The position numbers and the translations under genes were made by a program. The notes under the pieces are model-generated. The model was given only the letters and a program-made list of their open reading frames with translations, was not told where the DNA came from and searched no databases. Below, in pieces: positions 40,126 to 52,490 of a stretch of DNA of 64,000 nt. Within the stretch, counting starts at the first letter, position 1. Each line of letters opens with the position of its first letter. The DNA is from Lama glama (lineage: Eukaryota): contig CM052818.1 in NCBI GenBank assembly GCA_028534125.1, positions 38,380,001 to 38,444,000 of the forward strand, read 5' to 3'.

Positions 40126-40627
40126 ACAATTAACTTAACCAACCTCTGTGGATAGATGCTTAGGTAATTTTTACTTTTAGTTAGTATAAGCATTGCTGCA
40201 AATGAAAGCCTTCTGTATAAATTCTGCACACTTGTGCAGTTAGTTCTTTAGTATTCATTTCTAGAAATAGAATTGCTGGGTAAAAAGTTATGTAGATTTT
40301 AAACACTATTACACATTGCCAAGTAGCCTTCCAAAGACTGTACAATCTATATTTTCACAAGAGAAGCTGAGATGTCTGCTTGCTTATACTTTTACCAGCA
40401 GTGGATGATATCAAGCCTTTAAATCTTTATTAATATGATAAGTAAAAAACTATGTTTCACTGTTGTTTTAAATTATGTCTTTGATTACAGAGCTTTTTAT
40501 TTTTTCACTTATTTATTGGTTTTTTTGTACTGTAATAAATTACCTTTATATACATTTTGTCCATTTTTTCTCAAGTTGTTCTTCTTTCTATGATTTGCAA
40601 GAATTCTTTATACATTTAAAATATTAA
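40126..40627 (-). mobile_element. Old L1 (L1ME-like) fragment
   Basis: 'ttctagaaatagaattgctgggt', 'attgccaagtagccttccaaa', 'tttgcaagaattctttatacatt'. Confidence 0.75.
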
Positions 40628-40926
40628 CTTCTGAAGTCTGAAATCTGTGGGACCGTGAGGATGGAAATTTAGACAGGGTTTCTACATTTCAGTCTTGAGG
40701 CAGAATTTCCTCTTTGGGAAATTTCAGGTTTTGCTTTTAAGGCCTTTAACTAAATTGAATAAGGCTCACCTACATTTTTAAGGGCAATCTCCTAAACTTA
40801 AAGTCAATTGATTGTAGATGTTGGTCACATCTACAAAATACCTTCAGAGCAAACTCTAAACTCAGTACACCAAACAACTGAGCACCAGAGCCTAGCAAAG
40901 TTGACACACAAAATTTAACCATCACA
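40628..40926 (-). mobile_element. ERVL MLT2 (C/D-like) LTR, partial
   Basis: 'aagtctgaaatctg', 'cagtcttgaggcagaatttcct', 'cacatctacaaaataccttca', terminus 'aagttgacacacaaaatttaaccatcaca'. Confidence 0.85.
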
Positions 40927-41499
40927 TCTTCATTCTGGGGATGGCACAGAACTTTTGCTCTTACTATAATCAAACAGAAGACAAGTTATATGAAGATGCT
41001 GGTTTCGGATTTTGGGTGAAAGCACAAATTGACAAGCTGATTCTTAAATTTACACCAAAATACAAAGAACAAATACAAAGAACAAAGAATAACCAAAAAA
41101 ACTTTCAAAAGAAAAACAAAATTGGAAGACTTACACTACCTTGTATCAAGACATCACAAAATTACAAGAATCAAGATAGTGTGGTAGTGGCATAAGGATA
41201 GACATACAGATCTACAGGACAGGATACAGAGTCTAGACATGTATTTATACATACATGCTCAATTGACTTTAGCCAAAAGTGCCATGGTAATTCAGTCTGA
41301 AAGGATAATCTATTCACTAAATGGTGCTGGAAAAATTGCATATTCATTTGCAACAAATATGAACCTCAACTCTTCTCTTACCACATACACAATAAATAAT
41401 GTGAAATAGAAAACTTACTGAAGAAAACATAGGAAAAAATACTCATAATGTTGGGGTTGGCAATGATTCCTTAGATACAGCAATACTACTCTAGGTCTA

Positions 41500-41810
41500 A
41501 GAGTTGTAGTTACAGAGTATCTATAAGTACTATGTGGAATGATGGCTACATTTCATTACACATTTGTCCAAACCCATAAAACATAAAACACCAAGCGTGA
41601 AACCTAATGTAAACTATGGACTTTGGGTGACTATGATGTTTCAATGTAGGTTCATCAGTTGTAACAAATGTACCACTCTGGTAGAGGATGTTGATAAAGA
41701 AGGAATTTATGTATGTGTGGTAGCAAGGGGTATATGAGAAGTCTCTGTACCTTCCTCTCAATGTCACTGTAAATTTAAATCTTCTCTTAAAAAAAAATCT
41801 ATAAAAAAAT
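41500..41810 (+). mobile_element. L1MC1-like 3' end nested in older L1
   Basis: 'cctaatgtaaactatggactttgggtga', 'tgtaacaaatgtaccactctggt', A-rich tail. Confidence 0.8.
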
Positions 41811-41909
41811 CCCCTAGGTTGCATGCCAAAGTCTCAGACATAAAAGAAAAACTGATAAATTGGGTTTCATAAACTGTTTAAGATCTGATCTTTGAAAGAC
41901 ACCATCCAA

Positions 41910-42140
41910 GAAATTTGCAGGTACTAACTACTATATATCAAATAGATAAACTTGTTTCTACTCTACAGCACAGGGAACTATGTTCAATAGCTTGTAGTAA
42001 CCTATATGAAAAATAGTATGAAAAGGAACATACGTATGTATATGTATGACTGAAACATTATGCTGTACACCAGAAATAGGCAGAACATTATAAATTGACA
42101 AAACTTCAATTAAGAAAAATGGTTTAAAAAAAGAATAAAA
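41910..42140 (+). mobile_element. Young artiodactyl/camelid L1 3' end
   Basis: 'cagcacagggaactat', 'gtatgactgaaacattatgctgtacaccagaa', A-rich tail. Confidence 0.85.
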
Positions 42141-43793
42141 CTCCTTTTCACTTTCAAAAAAAAGGGCAAATAATTGCAGTAAATGATATCCAGAACATAT
42201 TTTTAAGGATCCTATAATTCAAGAAGAAGAAGACAAACTACCCAAAGTTTAAAGTGGGCAAACAATGGAATAGAGACTTAACAAAACAAGATATATGAAT
42301 GGTGAGTAAGCACAGGAAAAGATACTCATCATGACTAGTAATAAGAAAAAAAACAAATTAAAATTATAATTAGATACTACCACACACTCACTAGAATGGT
42401 GAAAATTAAAATAGTAACATAAATATTGGTGAGGATGTGGAGCAAATGAAATTTTCATGCATTGCTGGTGGGAGTTAAAATAGTAAACTTATCTTGGAAA
42501 ACAGTTCGGCAGTTTCTTAAAAAGTCAAATAAACATCTACTCAATGACCCAAAAATTTCACTCCATGTATTTACTCATGGGAAATGAAAATATATATTCA
42601 GAAAAACACTTGTACAAGAATATTCTCAGTAACTTTATAAATAATAATCAAAAACTGGAAATAATCCAAATGTCCCTCAATAAGAGAATGAGTAAAATGT
42701 GTTATTTTTATACCATGCAATACTGAGAAGTAGTTAAATGGAAAAATCCATTGTTATCTGCAACAACATGGATAAATCTCATAGAAGCTATGATGACCAA
42801 AAGAAACTAGATTTTAAAAAACCATATTGAATTATTTCTTTACATGAAGATTAGGAGAATATTACACTACTCTATGGTGATAGCTGAACAGTGGCTGCTT
42901 TTAGATGTGAGTTATTTAGAAAGCGACATGAGGGAACTCTCTGAGATGTTGCGTAATATCCTAACTGACATGTGTGTTACAGACATGATTACATTTGTTA
43001 GAGCTCAACAAACTGCACCCTTAAAACAGGCTTGTTTCATTGCATGTAAAGCATACCTAAAGAAATAGACAAATGCACTCCTTTATACCAGCAACAAATA
43101 GAATGTGTAATTTTTACATATATGTGGATATGCCTGGACTATGCAGTCCATTCTATAGATCTGTATGTCCATCCTTTTGCCATTTATAATATAAAAAAGA
43201 AAAAAACCTGTAAGAGGCAGAGTCATACACAATCACCTCCAAATTTATCTATAAATAATATCGACAAAATATCTTATAGAAATTGACACGCTAATATTAA
43301 AATTTATATTGAAGAATAAAAGGCCAAAAACTATCACGACAGTTGTGAGTAAAATGACCAAATAGAGAAATGTGTCCTTACAGATGTGAAGACTGACTCT
43401 AAAGCTACAATAAATGAGACAACGTGATACTGGCATGGAAATAAGCAAAAAAAACTGAGGAAAAGTATAAGAAACTTAGAAATAGACTCACAAGTGTATT
43501 AAAATGTATACAGAACAGAGAGGTAGCATTAAGATCTATAGATAAACATCAATAAATTGTGTTAGAAAAACTGTTTATGGGAAAAAACTTAAAGCTCCAC
43601 TTGGCACACATACACACACTCCCCCTCCCTCTCTCTCTATATATATACATCAAAAAATAATAATAATAACAGCAGAACTTTAAAACTTTTAGATGAATAG
43701 GTAGATCCATACTTTTATAGTCTTCATATAGGAAAGAATTTCTTTGAGAATAACATACACACAAATAAACAGCAAAGGATAAGATTAATCCAT

Positions 43794-44857
43794 TGTATTA
43801 TATCAGTTATTTATCACTGTTTAATAAATCACCCTCCAAATTTAATGGTTTTATGCTCACAAATCTGTACTTTGTACTACAGGGCTCGGTGGGGATGGTT
43901 TTTGTCTTCTCTACTTGTTGTGCTGCTTGATGGAGGGTAAAGGACCCACTTTTGATTTTTGTGTGTGTGTGTGTATGTGGTGAGAACACTTATCATCAAC
44001 TCTCTTGGCAAATTTCAAATGTACATACAGTATTATTAACTATGTCACCATGCTGTACATTAGATTCCCAGAACTGATTCATCCTGCAAAACTGAAATTT
44101 TGTATCCTTTGATCATTTTCTCTACCCCCAAGCCCTGGAAACCACCATTCTTCTCTCTGCTTTTATGAGTTTAACTTTTAAAAATTCCACATATTCCAGT
44201 AAAAGTGAGATCATGAAGTATTTTATTTGTTTTTCTATGTCTGGCTTATTTAATTTCATATAATGTCCTTCAGGTTCATCCACAATGTTGCAAATAACAG
44301 GATTTCCTGTCTTAAGACTCTCTCAGGGTGATAGATAAGTTAACTAGCTTGACTGTGGTCCTCATTTTACAATGTACATATCAAACATCAGGTTGTGTAC
44401 CTTAAGTATACACAATTTCTATTTATCAAGTATACCTCAATAAAGTTGGGGAAAATAAATGACTCACTTGGAAGATGGCTCACTCACAGGGCTAACAAGC
44501 TGGTGTTGACTGTCAACTGGGAGCTCAGCTAGGGCTGTGGGCCATGGCCCTGATTCTTCACCTTGTGAGCCTCTCCACCGCCTGCTTCTACTCTTCACAG
44601 CATGATGGCTGGGTTCTAAGAGAGAGCATCCCAAGATAGCCTGGCAAAAGTAAATGGCACTTTTTGTGACCTGGCTTTTGAAGTCATATAACATCAGTTC
44701 TGCCAAACTGTATTGTCAAGACAGTCACAAAATCTCTCAATTTCAGGTGCAAGAGACATACACTCCATCCCTAGATGAGGGAGTAGCAAAGGTTTAGAAT
44801 AGCATATCGGACGGGAGATACCACTGTGGCTATCTTTGTAAAATACAATCTGCCACA
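43794..44857 (-). mobile_element. MaLR LTR (MLT1G/H-like) split by an L1 insertion
   Basis: Left half 'tgtatta...tcagttatt', right half 'aagatggctcactcac...ctgggagctcagctagggctg', terminus 'aaaatacaatctgccaca'. Confidence 0.85.
43952..44455. mobile_element. 5'-inverted L1MA 3' fragment (minus about 43952-44313, plus about 44316-44455)
   Basis: Two adjacent consensus segments in opposite orientation; TSD taaaggacccactt (43938-43951) vs taaatgactcactt (44456-44469). Confidence 0.85.
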
Positions 44858-46156
44858 ATTAAATTAATCAGATGTAATTCCATTTGATTAAATTAAAAGC
44901 AAACACTTCACAGAAATTAAAAGAAGTTACAGACTACATGAAGATTCCAAAACATGCTACTGGAAAACATATATCCAAAGTATACAAAGAGCTCATAAAA
45001 TCAATATTAAAAATGCAAAACAACCCAGTGGGAAAAAAATGGTAGAAAATGCAAACAAAACAGAGTTGCTTCAGAACAAGAAATCTAAACACTAATAAAA
45101 ATACAAGACTGTGTTCAACCTCAACAATAATAATACGGCAAATGTAAATTATAGCAATGAGAAATTTTAAATACATCAAATTGGCAAAACTTCTAAAGTC
45201 ATTCAATGTCAAGTGTTGGCAATAAAGTGAAGGAACTAGAAATCTCATTAACTACTAGCCACTTTCAGTGTTTAACTGCTTTGAGTGCTGGGCAACACCT
45301 GGAAAAGCTGATGGTGTTCATGGCCTTGATTTAATTTCCACTTCCAGGTTTACACACTAGAGAAATACTCACTTATATGCACTAGGAGACAAGTTTACGG
45401 AAGAAATGTTTATTGGAATGTTATCTGTGGAGTGGTGAAAAAGTAAAAACAAGGCAAACGTGCATCAATAAGAAAAGGGCTGTATCAATTTGGTATATTT
45501 AAACAATGGAGTATTAGAGCAGTTAAAGTAAGTGAACTAGCTCTATAATAATAAAACATCAAAATACATGCAAGCATATAATATAGGGCAAAAGTGCAAG
45601 TTTACAGAATGGTACGTCAATATGATGCCATTTATTAAAAGCTCTAAAACATTAAAAACAATCCTATGTATTATTTATAGTTAAAGACATATGTTGAAAA
45701 GGATGAACCATGTATGGTCATAGTAAACACAAAATTCAAACAGTGATTATTATAGTAAAAGGAGGAAGGATGTAGAATGGGATTAGGGTGTGTATCCAGC
45801 AGCCTTCAACTTTATGCTAAATGTCTTGTTACTTTAAAGTCAAAGGCAAAGATGGCAAATTTTTAATATTGGCCACTATGTGTTTATTATCCTCATGGAT
45901 ACAATTTTACATGCTTGAAATATCTTAATAAACTCGTGTTTCTCTACCAGAGCTTGATAGAATAAACGTTACAGCTAATCTAATTCAACAATCATTTTCT
46001 ACCATGGGCCAAAACTAGTTTTGCAGTTGTAGAAACTTGTGTCCAGAAGCAAGACTAGACTTCCTTAAAGCCACACAGTGACTTATTAACATAAACGGAA
46101 CAAGGACAGTCTCGTGATAAGCCCTTTTCCTTTACACCTTATTCTTCAGGAAGACT

Positions 46157-46209
46157 TTCTTAAACATTTTTTTATTAAGTTACAGTCATTTTACAATGTT
46201 GTGTCAAAA
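46157..46209 (-). mobile_element. Extremely 5'-truncated young camelid-type L1 (about 50 bp)
   Basis: Reverse complement 'tttgacacaacattgtaaaatgac' matches the L1 tail at about 59513-59560; TSD caggaagact at 46147-46156 and 46210-46219. Confidence 0.85.
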
Positions 46210-47084
46210 CAGGAAGACTCTTGAAGTGTGATCTTAGCTGGGTCTGCCTGACCCAGACAGGAGAGACAAGTGTGACAGTTCCTTCCAAAGCAAATCAGAT
46301 AGACGGGAAAAGGGCAACTGCATGGCATTCACTTCTAGGCAGGAAGATGGATTATAAATCGAGGCACAACACTGCCTACGACCCCAGATTAAATAATCAT
46401 TCTTTTGACTTCAGCATTGCCTCCTCCGCTGAATTCTTTTAGAAGAGAAAAATACCTACAGGAGATGAAGTCTCAGTCCTCAGAATGAGTTCGGGCTGGT
46501 CCAGACTTGGTGACTTTTAAGGGAAAAGGGGTGGGGATGTGGACCCCCATGGAGTTATCTGGCATTGTTCTAGAGCCCATTTGTTTTACCTAAGCTCAGA
46601 CTATTTAGAGACCTCCCTCCAAACCCTGAGAAAATGGTCAACCACCCTACAGTCCAGGATGAAAACACAGACAGGACCAGCTTAGATTTCCAGACAAATA
46701 TTTAAAATTTTGAAGTCTTGTAAATAATTTAAGTAGCCTAATACTCATTAACTTTAATGTATTCTCCACAACTGCTTCTGTGAAATGTTAGCTATTCTGT
46801 TTCCTTCTATTTTTTTTTTAGCTTAATGAAGCTTTTAGATTTATTGTGAGCAACACCATTTATAATGGAAAATAGCCTCCTTGGGTAGAACAACAAAACC
46901 TCTCTCATAATATTAGAAAATAAAGGCAAACAAATTGTTTAGACCATCTCCCAGTTTTCTGACCAAGAGCTGTCTAAAGCCCTGGCTGGGATCCTGGGTG
47001 TATGAAGGACAATGCCAGTCCCTGCGCACATCACTGTGTAATGGCCACATGTTCCAGAAGTGTTGCTTCACAAAACTGGAGGGT

Positions 47085-47255
47085 AGGAGACTTTGGCTGC
47101 ACTCCCTACTCTGACATAAACCACTAAGTAACTTTGGCAGGTCAGGGTAGCCTCCCTGAGCCCTTCTCTTCATCTGTCAAACTGGCATCACAACACTGAC
47201 ATATCCTCACAAGCCTTTCAAAGTTTACCCGAGTATGGGAAAGGGTTTTGAAATT
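47085..47255 (+). mobile_element. MIR SINE
   Basis: 'aactttggcaggtca...cctccctgagccc...catctgtcaaactgg'. Confidence 0.6.
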
Positions 47256-48569
47256 CTTTCGTTTCTGATTGTAAGTGCTTGGGAGATAGCAAAGGTCCTA
47301 CATTAGTATATGCACACTCCACATATAAGCGGGTCAGTCAAGAAGGAAAGTGAGAAAGGGAGGAAGGGAGAGAAGGCAGAACCTGGAGCCTACTCAGATC
47401 TCCCTCAGTGACCAAGGCACCTTCTCATACTCCATCTCATTTCCTACTCTGTTCTCCATTCATCAGCGTACTCTACCCACACCTTTACATTTGGCTCAAG
47501 AAAAGGTACCAGTTGCTATACAAGCAAGGGTTTCCCTTGTCAGTGGCCCAATTCCCTCATTCGCTTTATTTATTTATCATGCTACTTCATTCTCCTAAAA
47601 GCTCTGGGATTTACTGATGCATCACAATTCTCAATGTACCTCACTGTAGCCAAAAAGGAGGTTCTTCACATTTACGTGGAAATTGAACACAAATATATTT
47701 ATTTCTATTTTAAAAGCATTTTAAGAATGCTGCAGCAGATCTTACAACTACTTCACAATCCAGGTATGTTTGAAACTGGATTATATTTTCCCGGGCTTTC
47801 TTAATCTGCATTCCAGATTAATTAATATTCTGTGCCTTCTTCGCAACTGTCCTTTCACTGATGCCTGAGATAGATTAAAAAAAAAATAGAAAACTGAGTC
47901 ACCATTCATTTATGAGGTTTCTCCCTGGGGAAAAAGAACATTATTAACCTTTGCACTACATTCTCTCACTGTCAATAAACAGACCCTCACCTCACCTGTA
48001 TGTGGACAGTGGCTCTCATCCCCCACCCCACAGCAGCACTGTGCATTTTTCTATTTGAAAAGGTGATCTGAATTTCTAGTCAGATTCTCATGAACACTCT
48101 GCAAACTCTTCCTATGATATTTGACTCTTATATTGAGAAGCCATGCTCTGGGCATATTTTAATCAGTTAAACTAAAGTGATAAGTAATCTGATGCTTTAC
48201 TTCTTGCTAAATTTATAACATCGTTTCTTTGAAAACTGTCTCTTCAGATTAAATAAGTCACTTGTTCTTGATCGTTTGAATTCTCTTTAATACAAAATTC
48301 AGACTGATCTGCAAGAAATCTCAAGATTAAAGTATGGAAAAAAGTGAGATAGATGTTGCACTTTATGTGATATAATAATTACTTTTATCATACCACCAAT
48401 ATTTCACTAAGGGAATATAAGAAATAGGAGACAATTACTGTTAAGGAGAAAGTTTTTCTTATTTTCTACATGACTGAATCTTCTTTCCATTACAGCTTCC
48501 AAATAGAAGCAAATGGCCATATGCCTGGTTTTATAAGGTATTAGGCTCAGGGCTATTAAAAGGAGCTTC

Positions 48570-49660
48570 AGTAATTGTTAGCCATGCACAGTGTGCCAGT
48601 CACTGTGTTCAGTTGGCAGTAAGGTGGTGAAGAAGGTAGTCTCTGGACCCGGGCATCTCACAGCCTGGTTGGGGTGGGGTGGATGCTGTCACAGGAACAC
48701 TGCAATTCTGTGTAATAAATGCCATTTTTTTAAGAAGGACATAGAAAAGGGACCATACCCAGACTGGTCACAAGGTCAGAAAATATTAGTAGTTAGTTTG
48801 GAGGAAGAGGGAAGAGATAAAGGTAAGAGAGTGAGACAGTAGGCTGGACACTATTAGCCTCATGGGTTATATTTAGAAGTTTACCTTGGGTCTTTACCTT
48901 GAAAACAATGCAAAGCTACTGCATAGTTTTTAATAAGCAGGAGAGGGGCATAATCATATTTTTGAAAGTATGTTCTATTGGTAGCATGGATGGACTGAAA
49001 GAGGAAACAGTCTAGAGACATGAAAAATTAGTCCAAGAGATAGTAGCAGCTTTACCTGGGGATCAGCAGTAGAGTGAGAGAGAGAGAAAGAAAGAAAAGG
49101 GAACTGATTCTGAAAAAATATTTGGGAGCAGAACCAACAGGATGTGGTGATTTACTGGATGTAGGAGGGAGGTGAAAGAAGGATTTAAGAATGATACAAG
49201 CACAGAAGTAGGGAAATACATGTTTTATTTGAAATGCCTATGGAGCACCCCAACAAAGATCCATAATAAGTCGTTAAACATACATACTAACGCTCTGGGG
49301 ACAGATGGGTCTGGAGGTGTAGTTTGGAAAACTGTCACTTACAGGTGGTAACTGAAATGAATGGCATTGCTGGGGAAGGTGGGGGGAGTATGCAGAGTGA
49401 GAAGAGAATAAGGTCCATACAAAACCCTGAGAAGCGCCTGCTTTGAAGGGATCCAGTGAGAAAAAAGTTAGAAAATAAGACTAAAAAGGACTGGCTAGAC
49501 AAGTAGGAGGAAACAAACAATGTGTAGTGAGCTTCATCCACTGGGAACCCCTTATCCATGGCAATAGTAAACGGATATTCAAAGAGGTAGGAAAACTGCT
49601 CAAACATTAATGGACAATCAGCTAGGTAGCTGGAAAAAAAAATCCTGAGAAGAATGTCCT
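48570..49660 (-). mobile_element. L2 LINE, about 1.1 kb fragment
   Basis: 'tgtgccagtcactgtg', 'gcaggagaggggcataatc', 'agaaccaacaggatgtggtgattt', 'tttgaaatgccta'. Confidence 0.75.
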
Positions 49661-49784
49661 CCATCAATGTTTGTGCAGCACAGATAATCAAGTTTCAGAA
49701 AAGTAAAATCCCCAAATATCAAAATGTATGCAAAAGTATACCTGTGCATCTATCAGTTCACCCACCAGCTCTATGAAGGGAGAT

Positions 49785-49985
49785 ATATTTAAGACCAGAG
49801 AGCTCTGAGTTAAAATCATGTGCTTCTCAGTGACAAGGGATGTAACCTTGGGACACTCAATTGAACTCAGACGTTCCTCCTGTGCAAAATGAAAATAGCA
49901 CCTCCACCTTGCAGGACTGCTGCAAGGATTACAGATATAAAGAGCTTACTAGCACTGTGTTGAGTACATAGTAATGCTTATCAGC
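49785..49985 (+). mobile_element. MIR SINE
   Basis: 'tgtaaccttggga' ... 'ttcctcctgtgcaaaatg' ... 'ctgctgcaaggatta'. Confidence 0.7.
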
Positions 49986-50524
49986 AAATGCCTGTTGAAT
50001 CTGAGTGAATTATTTTACAGGAGTCCCTACCCTCCAAGGACTTACAATTCTTACATAGGGAGAGATCACTGAACTATGGAACGGCAGGCTTGGAATCTCT
50101 CCAATCTGATCTCTGATTCCATTCAAGTATGATCACCATCTATAAAAACGGGAAGGACAGGAGGCTGCGGGTAAGGAAACAAGGCTTTCTAAAATACGTT
50201 CCAGCATTAGATCACCTATTGTCCCGGTTCTAAGTATGTAAGCCCAAAGGCAATCCACAGCAGTGTTTACTATGTGCACGGCCTGCTGCCAGACCCTAGA
50301 GAGGGAAGGAAGGCAAAGAAAGAAAAGAGAAAAACTGACACAGTACTAGTAGCTTTGTGTCTTACTGGAGAGAAGGTGATAACCACCAAGAAAAGTGTCT
50401 TTATATCACCATGTAGCACATGCAAATTACTAAAAACGGAGTAGCTGAGTTTCCTGGAAAGGAAGCAACAAAAGGATGTGTACATTTACTTAATCCTACT
50501 TCACTCATTCTCTGCTCCCCAGAC

Positions 50525-50745
50525 TAATTAGAATCAGGTAGCCCAGGGTTCCAATCTGAGTTGAGACATTCTCCAGCCATGATTTTGGGCATATTACTTA
50601 ATATTTCTAAGCTTGGTATTCCTCAACTACAAAATGAAAATTAAAATGAATTATATAGCATACATAAAATAATATAAGCTAAAAGTTAAGCATGATATTG
50701 AGACACATTTAATATTCCAATTATTTTTAGTAGTTTATTAACATT
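50525..50745 (+). mobile_element. MIR SINE
   Basis: 'gggttccaatc' ... 'tgattttgggcatattacttaa...ttcctcaactacaaaatg'. Confidence 0.65.
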
Positions 50746-50974
50746 AATAATGGCAGCTATATGAGTATAGCAATTGTGCCCCTTTGACCATGTTCATCTT
50801 CCCCTTTGAACCATCAACAACCACTTCCCCCACACTCTCCACCTCCAACAGGCTCTCCGCTCAGCAAAACTCACACAGCTGCTATCAGGCCAGCCGGCTA
50901 TGCCTTGCACTAGAGGTAGAGTCCTCTTCTGCTCTGAAAGAGAGTCACGGAAGTCCAAAGGCTGCCTTGGTTTA

Positions 50975-51195
50975 TTAGAAGCAGCACCAGCCTGGAAGAT
51001 GGTCCCAATTTTATCACTTGGGAATCATGTAACCTTACACAAGTCACTTAACTTCTGTGAGTTTGTTTCCATATATACAGCAGAAACTATACACCTATCT
51101 CCACAGGATGGTTAAGAGAATTACATGACAATATTTATGTAAAGGCGCTTTGGAAGTTGTAAAGCATTATATGAATGAGGAAATTACTATTCGTA
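50975..51195 (+). mobile_element. MIR SINE
   Basis: 'tgtaaccttacacaagtcacttaacttctgtg' ... 'atgtaaaggcgctttggaagttgtaaagc'. Confidence 0.75.
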
Positions 51196-51396
51196 TTACC
51201 CTGGTGCAGAGTGGTTGCTCTTTTCTGTTTTGATCACACTATCTCAGATCACACTATTAGAAAATCCAACAGATCACACTGGCAGTTAAAGTGTAAAAAC
51301 TGTCTTTGAGCACTTAGTACAGTTAAGGGCTACCAAATTTTCCTATGCAGCAATTCTGAAATAGGGTGATTTTTATCTTTCACTTTATTGTTTTTC

Positions 51397-51534
51397 TAAT
51401 TTTTATTTTGAGATAATTATAGACTCACAAGTTGCAAAAATCAGAGAGAAGAGCCCCCTCCACCCACCACCTGGCTCCCTCCAGTGGTGACATCTTACAT
51501 AACTATACTGGATTATCAAAACAAGGAAAATGGA
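51397..51534 (-). mobile_element. L1MC-like 3' end fragment
   Basis: 'ttttattttgagataattatagactcaca...gttgcaaaaat' ... 'ggtgacatcttacataactata'. Confidence 0.75.
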
Positions 51535-51544
51535 GAGTAAAGCT

Positions 51545-52060
51545 TTAAAAAAAAAAAGAAAAAGCTGTATTGTAAAACAAGAAGAAAACATCTTGGAGCA
51601 AATAAAACCAAAATTCTGGAAATCACAACGGAAAAAAAATCAAAAAATATAACTACATATAAATATTTAAAAATTGAACATAGAAAATATAAGCAAAATA
51701 ATAAGAAAATAGCAAACTGAAAACAAATATCTGCAACATATATAGCAAAATCTTAATTTCCATAAAACAGAAAATAAAGTCTACTTATAAAAAGACCAAA
51801 GCTCCAATAGAAAAATGAGCAAGTGCGTAAAAGATTTCATAGAAAAAATGGATAACGGATGCTTTAAAAAATTCAACTTCAGCCATAATTAAATAAATGA
51901 TAATTTTAAAAAGAATTTTAAATAAATAATTTTGGAAAAAAATCAAAAATCTTGATGGGAAATGAATTTTGCAAGTCTAAGAGAAATGTGCTCTCACAGA
52001 CTGGTAGTAGGGAAGCAAATCTGTGCCATCTCTTTGGAGGGCAACTAGCAGCCAAGTCCA
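51545..52060 (+). mobile_element. Old L1M ORF2-end relic
   Basis: A-rich; 'aaatatctgcaacatatat', 'ccaatagaaaaatgagcaa', 'ctttggagggcaac'. Confidence 0.65.
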
Positions 52061-52254
52061 AGGTTTTCTCTCCAACCACATGTTCAAGCTTTCCATGGTT
52101 CCCAGAAACATTATAACTTAAAATTTAACAAATAAATATACACATACATACATACATACATACATAGTACTTAAGTAATTGAAACCATCTCCCCACTCGG
52201 CACCCCAAAATATGGCAAGACAAAGTGCTAAAATTTTTTCCATTAATGACAATT

Positions 52255-52490
52255 AATAATAATTAGCATATAGCAATTTACCACTTATGAAACACTTTCT
52301 TATATTACTTTAACATTAATCCTCACAATATGTTACAAAATGGATTTTTTTTAATCCTCATTTTACAGATTGATAAACTAAGATTCAGAAAGTGTAAGTA
52401 ATTTTCTCAGGCTTATGCAGCTAATAAATAGTGGACTTGGGCATCAATCAGGTATGGATTACTTCAAATCCCATGTTCTTACTTTGACAC
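52255..52490 (-). mobile_element. MIR SINE
   Basis: 'taatcctcacaa' ... 'atcctcattttacagattgataaactaagattcagaaagtgtaagtaa'. Confidence 0.8.

Larger units (their letters stand above)
41015..43075 (+). mobile_element. Old L1M ORF2 3' region and 3'UTR, interrupted by two younger L1 tails
   Basis: Relic peptide 'IDKLILKF...KKNKIGRLTLP' resembles L1 ORF2p; 'aaatggtgctggaaaaattg'; 'cattgctggtgggag'; 'caacaacatggataaatctc'. Confidence 0.85.
43075..45935 (+). mobile_element. Old L1M (L1ME-like) ORF2/3'UTR relic, split by an MLT1 LTR
   Basis: 'aattgacacgctaatattaaaatttatattgaa', 'atatccaaagtatacaaagagctc', 'catcaaattggcaaaa', 'ttttacatgcttgaaatat'. Confidence 0.75.

Noticed and set aside
39514..40229. 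Longest ORFs in the track (170-214 aa)
   Set aside because: Artefacts of reading through the 500-N gap; the same applies to 58849-59520.
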